DNA of 64,000 nucleotides from Auanema rhodensis (lineage: Eukaryota; Animalia; Nematoda). Where the stretch lies: assembly GCA_964057225.1 (NCBI GenBank), contig OZ059894.1, forward strand, positions 11,284,001 to 11,348,000, given 5' to 3'. A model generated the notes under the pieces. That model saw only the letters and a list, made by a program, of their open reading frames with translations. It had not been told where the DNA came from and made no database searches. A program made the translations under genes and the position numbers. Each line of letters starts with the position of its first letter. The first letter of the stretch is position 1. Shown in pieces: positions 1 to 9,161 of this stretch.

Positions 1-77
1 TACTAACCGGGCCCAACGTTGCTTGACTTGCCAGATCGGACGGGATGGCGTACTTTCAACGTGGTATGGTCGTAAGC
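1..77 (-). rRNA. 5S: 5S rRNA gene, 3' part cut by window edge
   Basis: Minus strand begins GCTTACGACCATACCACGTTGAAAGTACGCCATCCCGTCCGATCTGG; identical to the full copies. Confidence 0.93.
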
Positions 78-219
78 AATGTCATATTCTTCATTATCAG
101 TTATATCACTCTAAATCTTGTTGTTAATAGATACGACCACAAAGAAAACAACAGGAACAGTAACAATAACAAAAAAAATTTTTTTTTCACCTATGTGTCT
201 AAAGGTTAGCCATGTATCC

Positions 220-223
<4 letters not shown>

Positions 224-273
<50 letters not shown>
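224..273. repeat. (AT)25 microsatellite; one per unit, about (AT)16 to (AT)35 across the window
   Basis: Read directly, e.g. 33392-33461 (AT)35 and 58863-58894 (AT)16. Confidence 0.95.
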
Positions 274-275
<2 letters not shown>

Positions 276-1089
276 ACAGTAAAAAGTCCAATCAAGAGAG
301 AAATTTTTTCAACACATAGTTGTTTTTTTTTAAAATATCATTGTTTTTCCTCATAACTCGGTTTAAACTCGTTCTAACCCGTTGAAATACGTCTAGAAAG
401 TCTTTATAACATGCATATGTATGATAGAACTTCATATTTATTGTAATAGAAAATTTTATTTTCAGACGTCTTGGTTAACAATGATATGTTTTACCCCCTT
501 ATAATTTTTATCATAATGTTCCTTATACGGAACGCTCAATGAAACTTGCTTCCAGAAAAATTTCTTTCTATTTGTTCTTCATATGTACGTAGATACTATA
601 GAGAACTATGATAGAAAACTTTAACATTCACGAAATCATCATTTCTCATTACGCTACGGAGGTTTAAAAAGCTGTGTTTTACTTTATAATAGACCGGAAA
701 ACCCTTGTGTTAAAACTGGACCGTTTTTACACATATAAAAATGTCCCGTATTCGGGACCCTAATGTAACTTTTGATTCCCTATATTTTTTTTCATGAAAT
801 TTACAATCTACTGTAGAAAGAAGAATTATTTTTATAAAAACTGTAAATTTTTGAAAAATGAAAACAAAACGAAAACAAAAACAACTTTTTTTTGAACATT
901 TTCTCACACAAGGGTCCCCCCTTACCTACTTTTTTTCTCATTACTCGTTTCAACCTCATCCGATCACTCTGCAAACATGTTTAATCGTTCTAACTTGTTG
1001 AAATACGTCTTAAAAGTCTAAACAACATGCATATGCATAATAGAAACCACCCGAATAGGCCCCCACGCACTAAACGAGATATATACATT

Positions 1090-1140
1090 ACCAGTATAGT
1101 AATAGAACACATATTGAAGATTAATTCGATAAGAACAATT
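1090..1140 (-). pseudogene. Decayed U2 fragment (nt 39-79) plus CTATACTGGT, present in the spacer of every unit (representative copy)
   Basis: 46/51 identity to 55228-55278; all 5 mismatches are C>T or G>A. Confidence 0.85.
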
Positions 1141-1457
1141 TATTGACGTAGAGAATGTTTGTTCCGAAAAACTACAATATTAAACTATAAAAGTAACAAA
1201 AGCGTAGAGGCAGCAAAGACATGAATAAACATAAATGTAAATACAGAATTACCAGGTAGTACATAAGTATGACAAAAAATTATAAGAAAGCCATGAAAAT
1301 AGAAGGTTTGTGAACAAATGAGAGGTACATCTTTGATCGTATAGTCATTTCTAAACCGTTCGTATGCTGCAGCATCGTCATAAGCGTCACTCAAGTTGAA
1401 TTTCCATGTGTACTACACGATTTTCATTCTTATTGTTACATTCTTTCCCTGAGGGAA

Positions 1458-1604
1458 TGGGCCGTTCCCGCCAGCAGTGCAAGAGCGGGTCGACCCGTGA
1501 GGTGGAGCTAGCAAGCCAGCATCTACCTCAAGTCTCAAAAATCGGTTAACCTTATTGTGAACCAATGGAACACATATCGAAGGTTAATTCGATAAGAACG
1601 ATTA
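1458..1604 (-). pseudogene. U2: U2 snRNA 3' part (nt 38-184) left after retrotransposon insertion
   Basis: Matches intact U2 up to ...gaacgatta, then switches to the element 3' end. Confidence 0.93.
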
Positions 1605-4600
1605 ATGGTTTATTGAATAACTAATGTTATGAAACAATAAATAACCAATAAAAAAGAGCCCAGAATCGGGGAGACGGTATTACCAGTACAACTTAAAACA
1701 GCAAGTGATTAAAAAGTACAAAATAAAACACATTACCAACAGAGGCTAAAACGACTCAAGAGTCGGGGGAGTGGGTTAAAAAAAGTAATGAATAACAAAA
1801 AAAATGAATAATAAAGCAGAACAGTGAAAAGTAAATATCAAGTGCCGCTATGATCAAACAATTTGAGTGCCTACGGCAATAGTGTTAAAAATAAAAAACA
1901 AAATACATGTACCAATGAAGGTCAGAAAGAGAGAAAGAAAAAAGACAAAAATAAGTAATACAAAAAGTAAAAAATATATTACAATCAAATCACAAACAAG
2001 TCAATGGATAATTTCTTCTTCATATTGCCTTACACCAGAAACATGTTCCACGTAGATATTCCTGGCCCACTTGATGGTATCGGCGACGACGAGCTTCTCC
2101 ATTAGCCGGTTGTAGTGGCTGCTGATCTTGAGTGATCGGAGGGCTTGTACGTTGAGCGGGTCCATAGTTCCAAGCATTCCTACGACATATGCTTCTACAC
2201 TAGTCTTATAACCAAGACATTGGTATTGGCTGGCTATGTCAGCATATTTCCTCTCCTTTATCATACGCGCGGCTATCATGGCTTGACGGCGGTTTTCATA
2301 GCTCACTGTAACATCAACGATACTACAGTGTTTTGCGTCATGATCGACCACTACTATGTCAGGTCGGAGTGTACTATTAATGCCAGGAAGAGGCTGGTTA
2401 GTGTAAACTTCTCCGTTTTTAGGCTCTGGCAGGGCTTTGATAAGACGGTCCACGATGTTGTTGTGGCGGAGTTGGATTGCTCTCGTGTGAGAGTGGCAGT
2501 GTCCAAGAACATGTGCAGCAGTTTCGTTGGAGTAACTACACCTGCGGCACTGTTTGTTTCCTTCTCCGTGTCTTCTACAGCCATTGAGCTGGAGAGTATT
2601 AAGTCGAGCCTTGTGGATGAATCGCCAATCAGCAAACCGTATGAAATCTCCCTTCGCCATAAAGTGATTGGACGCTTTGTTGAGCATTGTGACATCAAAG
2701 ACTTTCCCTTGATCCGGTTTTTGAAGAAGGATCCGAAGGTCTTTCAGCCATAATGCACGTCGCAGGCTTCTGTGGCATAGTGAAGGTGTTAACAGTTGGT
2801 TGTTTAGATTGAGTTCTAAACCACTTTCGAGGCATGTCCAGTTAGCGTTGATGAGTTTCTTGAGTTGACGCATCGCTACTCTTACTCTAGTCCAGATGGA
2901 GGAAACATCAGATGTTTCGGTGTCGAAAATGCCATCAACGGAACCGTTGTAATATGCAGCTGTCTCATCGTTACTGGCTTGACGTTTAATCCTTTTTGAT
3001 GCTACTTTTATTGAGTCTTGATGCGCAATATCAGCTACTACAAGATCAGATGACTTCAAAAGTTGGTAGGCATGAGTGACTTCACAGACGTCTGACAGGT
3101 GTTGGAGTCGAGAGAGACCAAGTCCGCCGTAGTTAGTTGGCAGGTAGATTGGTTCAGCACTGGCGTTTGGAGGATAGTGCATCCATCTACGGGCACAGCG
3201 TTTGAGTTCTTTGTCAAAGGCGACTAGTTTACTCTTTGGGACGTGGCCATTCGTCATATGAAAATTAAGGCAGGGCATCAGGAAGGTGCGTACTGCGTCA
3301 GCTTTCTGCCATTCAGCCAGTAAGGATTTGTCAATTTTTTCCAAGTGTTGACTCATGATATTCACTGTTGGAACCGCAGACTTATGTAAATGCATTCCAG
3401 TAGGGATTCCCAGGTGGGAGTAGCTGTCAAATTTGCTGAGAGCGGGTAGAAAGCAGCTCTGAAGCATGTATGAGGCTGTTGATATTTTCCCTTTGTCGAT
3501 CGTCAAAGTGGCGCATTTCGCTGGTTTGAAGGTCAAGCCTGTGAAATTAGCCGCATTTGATGCTGCGTCCAACATTTTCTGTAGATCTTCTGATGATGAG
3601 GAGACCAGGGCAAGGTCATCGGCGTACGCTAGCACAGCGATGTTGTGATTGTGTAGCTTATAGCCTGTAGAGGTTTCCAAGATGGTTTTAATTAGAGGTT
3701 CAATGGCAAGGTTGAACAGGATCGGAGATAGTGGGGATCCTTGTAACACACCTGCGTGAACTGGAATGGTCGAAGTGAGTCCGGAGCCTGTCTGGATTCT
3801 TGTAGAGGCATCTGTGTATAGAGCTCGTACTCGGGATATTGAGGCTTCAGCCATTCCTGACCATCTTAGAACGTCTAGCAGAGTTTCGTGTGGCAGCGAT
3901 CCAAAAGCGTTTGCGAGATCAAGCCAAGCAATTGCAATTTTCTCACGTTTACGTTTAGCGTCTGCAATGGTACTTTGCAACAAAAAGTTGTGTTCCATGC
4001 ATCCAGCTTTGGCCACAAAGCCCTTTTGGGAGGGAGAAAGTCTTTTTTCTGCTCTTGCCCATGTTAGCAGTCGATGCGTAAGACAAGCTGAGTACGTCTT
4101 ACCAATTGTGCACGAAAGTGCTATTGGTCGCCAGTTGTTAATGTCAGCTTTATCACCTTTCTTATGGATGAGGACGGTGGTCGACTCTTTCCAGGAAAAA
4201 GGGATGTGTCCTAGCTTGTGTACGGTGTTAAATATCGCTGCTAATATGTGACCTCCTTGGTCAAATTTCTTCCAGTGCGAGTATCGAAGTCCATCAGCTC
4301 CTGGAGCCGTATCGCTGCAACGTCGTATGCGTTCCCAGACTTCCAAAGGGGTGAAAACACCTTCTAATGGGTCGGTACTAGTTGGCAAATCCGGTCTGGT
4401 GACTGTGATGGGGAGGGCTGGGCCTTGACTGCTGTGAACAGAAAGGAAGTGTTTTTCAACATCTGCAGATGGTATGGTGCAGGTTTCACTTTGTTCTCCG
4501 AGCAGTTGTCGAAAGGCTTTCTTCTTGTTGGCCCTCCAAAGCTTCTGGATCTTCATCGCCTGGGTTTTTTGGTCTTCCTCAGGTTGTGTGTGTGGTCGGC

Positions 4601-5331
4601 GCCTTTGTCGGAAGTTGGGAACTTTGATCATAATGTCAAGAGACTTTCTGATTGTGTCTATCAACTCTTCCAGGACCTGCTCGAGCTCACTTTTGCACAC
4701 TACCTTTTTAATTCTATCCACCCAAATATTTTCAGAGTTTCTATTCGGATCAGGGTCGGCAAAAGATGGTTCTGTACTCGGAACCCTGATCTCGTTGAAT
4801 ATTTCACTCTCTCGCGGAAGGGGGGAAACTTCGGCCTCTGGGGACAAGTCCAGAATTGGGGCCTCAAACAAGCGTACCGTTGATGGAGATCCTTGTTCCT
4901 GTCCACTGGATGATGTTTCCTCCATTGTACGCTCCTCCACGGGCGGGGTGGTCGTCCTTGTGCCTGGTGGGCGGGTGTTCCTGATCCTCCGCAATATAGG
5001 GCGGGAACTGGGCTCTCTCGGAGATAGAGGTGAGATCACCACAGTTTCCTCTATGATGCGGAGGCATCCTTCAGCTTTTTTCTGATGGCTTTTAACGGCC
5101 TTCAGATTGCTGGTGAGGCCACAGGCACGGCACTCAAATTCTACTCCGACCTCATGTTCTCTCCGAAGATGGCGGACGAGACCATTGTGGTCTGAGTAGG
5201 ATCGCGGAATAGGAGCGCAGATTGAACAAGAAAAAGGGCTCTGAAGAGGCACCTTTAGCTTGTAAAGCCCTTGCTCCATCTCTAGCAGATCTAAAGACTT
5301 ACGTAGTACAGTTGCAATATCGATTTAGCCA
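1605..5331 (-). mobile_element. Full-length intact U2-targeting RLE non-LTR retrotransposon (Utopia-like), 3727 bp
   Basis: Single ORF with RT and RLE, 52-nt leader, 396-nt 3' UTR ending AATAAACCAT without poly(A); flanked by U2 sequence on both sides. Confidence 0.95.
2001..5279 (-). CDS. 1092-aa retrotransposon protein: C2H2 and C2HC zinc fingers, reverse transcriptase, CCHC knuckle, PD-(D/E)xK restriction-like endonuclease
   Basis: Motifs CSIC..HLRREH, CRAC..H..C, APGADG, WRPIAL, QKGF, WLDLANAFGS, GVLQGSPLSP, YADD, CRRC..HVLGHC, RHN, RPD..DVTV..K.KY. Confidence 0.96.
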   Translation of the reverse strand: MEQGLYKLKVPLQSPFSCSICAPIPRSYSDHNGLVRHLRREHEVGVEFECRACGLTSNLKAVKSHQKKAEGCLRIIEETVVISPLSPREPSSRPILRRIRNTRPPGTRTTTPPVEERTMEETSSSGQEQGSPSTVRLFEAPILDLSPEAEVSPLPRESEIFNEIRVPSTEPSFADPDPNRNSENIWVDRIKKVVCKSELEQVLEELIDTIRKSLDIMIKVPNFRQRRRPHTQPEEDQKTQAMKIQKLWRANKKKAFRQLLGEQSETCTIPSADVEKHFLSVHSSQGPALPITVTRPDLPTSTDPLEGVFTPLEVWERIRRCSDTAPGADGLRYSHWKKFDQGGHILAAIFNTVHKLGHIPFSWKESTTVLIHKKGDKADINNWRPIALSCTIGKTYSACLTHRLLTWARAEKRLSPSQKGFVAKAGCMEHNFLLQSTIADAKRKREKIAIAWLDLANAFGSLPHETLLDVLRWSGMAEASISRVRALYTDASTRIQTGSGLTSTIPVHAGVLQGSPLSPILFNLAIEPLIKTILETSTGYKLHNHNIAVLAYADDLALVSSSSEDLQKMLDAASNAANFTGLTFKPAKCATLTIDKGKISTASYMLQSCFLPALSKFDSYSHLGIPTGMHLHKSAVPTVNIMSQHLEKIDKSLLAEWQKADAVRTFLMPCLNFHMTNGHVPKSKLVAFDKELKRCARRWMHYPPNASAEPIYLPTNYGGLGLSRLQHLSDVCEVTHAYQLLKSSDLVVADIAHQDSIKVASKRIKRQASNDETAAYYNGSVDGIFDTETSDVSSIWTRVRVAMRQLKKLINANWTCLESGLELNLNNQLLTPSLCHRSLRRALWLKDLRILLQKPDQGKVFDVTMLNKASNHFMAKGDFIRFADWRFIHKARLNTLQLNGCRRHGEGNKQCRRCSYSNETAAHVLGHCHSHTRAIQLRHNNIVDRLIKALPEPKNGEVYTNQPLPGINSTLRPDIVVVDHDAKHCSIVDVTVSYENRRQAMIAARMIKERKYADIASQYQCLGYKTSVEAYVVGMLGTMDPLNVQALRSLKISSHYNRLMEKLVVADTIKWARNIYVEHVSGVRQYEEEIIH

Positions 5332-5426
5332 TTAACCTTATTGTGAACCAATGGAACACATATCGAAGGTTAATTCGATAAGAACGATTACTACACTTTG
5401 ATCTTAGCCAAAAGGCCGAGAAGCGA
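5332..5426 (-). pseudogene. U2: U2 nt 2-96 fused to the element 5' end, without the U2 promoter; abuts an A15 run (5426-5440)
   Basis: ttaaccttatt...gagaagcga, then A run, then spacer ctacaatatt. Confidence 0.92.
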
Positions 5427-5726
5427 AAAAAAAAAAAAAACTACAATATTAAACTATAAAAGTAACAAAAGCGTAGAGGCAGCAAAGACATGAATAAACA
5501 TAAATGTAAATACAGAATTACCAGGTAGTACATAAGTATGACAAAAAATTATAAGAAAGCCATGAAAATAGAAGGTTTGTGAACAAATGAGAGGTACATC
5601 TTTGATCGTATAGTCATTTCTAAACCGTTCGTATGCTGCAGCATCGTCATAAGCGTCACTCAAGTTGAATTTCCATGTGTACTACACGATTTTCATTCTT
5701 ATTGTTACATTCTTTCCCTGAGGGAA

Positions 5727-5910
5727 TGGGCCGTTCCCGCCAGCAGTGCAAGAGCGGGTCGACCCGTGAGGTGGAGCTAGCAAGCCAGCATCTACCTCAA
5801 GTCTCAAAAATCGGTTAACCTTATTGTGAACCAATGGAACACATATCGAAGGTTAATTCGATAAGAACGATTACTACACTTTGATCTTAGCCAAAAGGCC
5901 GAGAAGCGAT
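5727..5910 (-). ncRNA. U2: U2 snRNA gene
   Basis: ATCGCTTCTCGGCCTTTTGGCTAAGATCAAAGTGTAGTA start; stem IIa TATCGAA/TTCGATA with loop complement AAGGTTAA; Sm site ATTTTTG; stem IV with TTGCAC loop. 3' end approximate. Confidence 0.96.
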
Positions 5911-5990
5911 ACAGCATAGCCATGAGTATCAAAGACATCAAGCAAATGTATCGTACTTGTTACGAGTGCACTCTCTCATTTGAATATAAA
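5911..5990 (-). promoter_or_regulatory. Expected U2 upstream promoter (PSE) region, representative copy
   Basis: Position only: snRNA Pol II promoters are external, about -40 to -70. No motif recognised. Confidence 0.4.
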
Positions 5991-6352
5991 AGTGTGGTTT
6001 GACAATCTTGACTGTACAGGTCATAAATGGCTCATATAAACTGTGGATTTACTCAACTTTTGGACTTATTTTTTTCTTATTCGAAGCGCTGCACTTTTTT
6101 CTATTCTTTTTATTCAAATACTTGTATATAGTTTTATATGTACGGTTGCAAAGTTTCCGAATATTTTATATATTTTTATACAATAATTAGGAGAAGGTTA
6201 ATACAATGAAATCTCCCAACTTTACAGTGTTTGTATTGCTTACAGTATCTAGAACAACCACTCTTGTAATATTAGAGCACATATCAATCAACAACTTTTT
6301 CTAGTTATCAAAGCTTTTTTATTTCTTCAAGATATTTCAAATAAAATATAAA

Positions 6353-6471
6353 AGCTTACGACACCCGGGATTCCCAAGCCGTCTCCGATCCAAGTACTAA
6401 CCGGGCCCAACGTTGCTTGACTTGCCAGATCGGACGGGATGGCGTACTTTCAACGTGGTATGGTCGTAAGC
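6353..6471 (-). rRNA. 5S: 5S rRNA gene
   Basis: 119 nt, GCTTAC...GTAAGCT terminal helix, CCATCCCGTCCGATC and TTAGTACTTGGAT motifs, T4 Pol III terminator, TATAA near -26. Confidence 0.97.
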
Positions 6472-6712
6472 AATGTTATATTCTTCATTATCAGTTATAT
6501 CACTCTAAATCTTGTTGTTAATAGTTAGGACCACAAAGAAAACAACAGGAACAGTAACAAATGAAATGCCCAAACTTTACAGTGTTCGAGTTATTTACAG
6601 TATCTAAGACTACCTCTGTCGTGTTATTAGAGCAAACATTCGATTAACAACAACTTTGTTTTAGTTATCAAAGCTTTTTTATTTCTTCAAAAAATTTCAA
6701 ATAAAATATAAA

Positions 6713-6831
6713 AGCTTACGACACCCGGGATTCCCAAGCCGTCTCCGATCCAAGTACTAACCGGGCCCAACGTTGCTTGACTTGCCAGATCGGACGGGAT
6801 GGCGTACTTTCAACGTGGTATGGTCGTAAGC
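6713..6831 (-). rRNA. 5S: 5S rRNA gene (second copy in unit)
   Basis: Identical to 6353-6471, 360 bp away. Confidence 0.97.
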
Positions 6832-6973
6832 AATGTCATATTCTTCATTATCAGTTATATCACTCTAAATCTTGTTGTTAATAGATACGACCACAAAGAA
6901 AACAACAGGAACAGTAACAATAACAAAAAAATTTTTTTTTTCACCTATGTGTCTAAAGGTTAGCCATGTATCC

Positions 6974-7027
<54 letters not shown>

Positions 7028-8209
7028 ACAGTAAAAAGTCCAATCAAGAGAGAAATTTTTTCAACACATAGTTGTTTTTTTTTTAAATATCATTGTTTTT
7101 CCTCATAACTCGGTTTAAACTCGTTCTAACCCGTTGAAATACGTCTAGAAAGTCTTTATAACATGCATATGTATGATAGAACTTCATATTTATTGTAATA
7201 GAAAATTTTATTTTCAGACGTCTTGGTTAACAATGATATGTTTTACCCCCTTATAATTTTTATCATAATGTTCCTTATACGGAACGCTCAATGAAACTTG
7301 CTTCCAGAAAAATTTCTTTCTATTTTTTCTTCATATGTACGTAGATACTATAGAGAACTATGATAGAAAACTTTAACATTCACGAAATCATCATTTCTCA
7401 TTACGCTACGGAGGTTTAAAAAGCTGTGTTTTACCTTATAATAGACCGGAAAACCCTTGTGTTAAAACTGGACCGTTTTTACACATATAAAAATGTCCCG
7501 TATTCGGGACCCTAATGTAACTTTTGATTCCCTATATTTTTTTTCATGAAATTTACAATCTACTGTAGAAAGAAGAATTATTTTTATAAAAACTGTAAAT
7601 TTTTGAAAAATGAAAACAAAACGAAAACAAAAACAACTTTTTTTTGAACATTTTCTCACACAAGGGTCCCCCCTTACCTACTTTTTTTCTCATTACTCGT
7701 TTCAACCTCATCCGATCACTCTGCAAACATGTTTAATCGTTCTAACTTGTTGAAATACGTCTTAAAAGTCTAAACAACATGCATATGCATAATAGAAACC
7801 ACCCGAATAGGCCCCCACGCACTAAACGAGATATATACATTACCAGTATAGTAATAGAACACATATTGAAGATTAATTCGATAAGAACAATTTATTGACG
7901 TAGAGAATGTTTGTTCCGAAAAACTACAATATTAAACTATAAAAGTAACAAAAGCGTAGAGGCAGCAAAGACATGAATAAACATAAATGTAAATACAGAA
8001 TTACCAGGTAGTACATAAGTATGACAAAAAATTATAAGAAAGCCATGAAAATAGAAGGTTTGTGAACAAATGAGAGGTACATCTTTGATCGTATAGTCAT
8101 TTCTAAACCGTTCGTATGCTGCAGCATCGTCATAAGCGTCACTCAAGTTGAATTTCCATGTGTACTACACGATTTTCATTCTTATTGTTACATTCTTTCC
8201 CTGAGGGAA

Positions 8210-8393
8210 TGGGCCGTTCCCGCCAGCAGTGCAAGAGCGGGTCGACCCGTGAGGTGGAGCTAGCAAGCCAGCATCTACCTCAAGTCTCAAAAATCGGTTA
8301 ACCTTATTGTGAACCAATGGAACACATATCGAAGGTTAATTCGATAAGAACGATTACTACACTTTGATCTTAGCCAAAAGGCCGAGAAGCGAT
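8210..8393 (-). ncRNA. U2: U2 snRNA gene
   Basis: Matches 5727-5910. Confidence 0.96.
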
Positions 8394-8836
8394 ACAGCAT
8401 AGCCATGAGTATCAAAGACATCAAGCAAATGTATCGTACTTGTTACGAGTGCACTCTCTCATTTGAATATAAAAGTGTGGTTTGACAATCTTGACTGTAC
8501 AGGTCATAAATGGCTCATATAAACTGTGGATTTACTCAACTTTTGGACTTATTTTTTTCTTATTCGAAGCGCTGCACTTTTTTCTATTCTTTTTATTCAA
8601 ATACTTGTATATAGTTTTATATGTACGGTTGCAAAGTTTCCGAATATTTTATATATTTTTATACAATAATTAGGAGAAGGTTAATACAATGAAATCTCCC
8701 AACTTTACAGTGTTTGTATTGCTTACAGTATCTAGAACAACCACTCTTGTAATATTAGAGCACATATCAATCAACAACTTTTTTTTAGTTATCAAAGCTT
8801 TTTTATTTCTTCAAAAAATTTCAAATAAAATATAAA

Positions 8837-8955
8837 AGCTTACGACACCCGGGATTCCCAAGCCGTCTCCGATCCAAGTACTAACCGGGCCCAACGTTGC
8901 TTGACTTGCCAGATCGGACGGGATGGCGTACTTTCAACGTGGTATGGTCGTAAGC
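8837..8955 (-). rRNA. 5S: 5S rRNA gene (unit with a single 5S)
   Basis: Same 119-mer; the 360-bp sub-repeat is collapsed. Confidence 0.97.
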
Positions 8956-9097
8956 AATGTCATATTCTTCATTATCAGTTATATCACTCTAAATCTTGTT
9001 GTTAATAGATACGACCACAAAGAAAACAACAGGAACAGTAACAATAACAAAAAAAATTTTTTTTTCACCTATGTGTCTAAAGGTTAGCCATGTATCC

Positions 9098-9161
<64 letters not shown>

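Noticed and set aside
357-700. GGTTTAA starts resembling a nematode spliced leader (360, 661)
   Set aside because: No 22-nt leader ending AG/GT and no SL RNA structure or Sm site after them.
982-991. TAATCGTTCT on the + strand, equal to U2 nt 38-47
   Set aside because: Only 10 bp, part of a spacer repeat whose other copy differs, and no insertion is seen there.
710-1394. Recurrent 60-79 aa ORFs (MRKCSK.., MSDAYD.., MTILTV.., MLLIDT..YIYI)
   Set aside because: They start at GTG/TTG in AT-rich spacer, are low complexity or cross the (AT)n tract, and recur only because the unit repeats.
2145-5085. Antisense and alternate-frame ORFs of 60-203 aa inside the element
   Set aside because: Shadows of the main ORF with no recognisable motifs.
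2001-5279. Group II intron, retron or CRISPR-associated RT
   Set aside because: Zinc fingers, CCHC-RLE, 5' truncations and the snRNA/5S context indicate a eukaryotic non-LTR element; there is no repeat-spacer array.
1605-5331. 5S-targeting element, or the APE-type U2 element Keno
   Set aside because: No 5S copy is interrupted, and the protein has a C-terminal RLE with no APE domain or ORF1.
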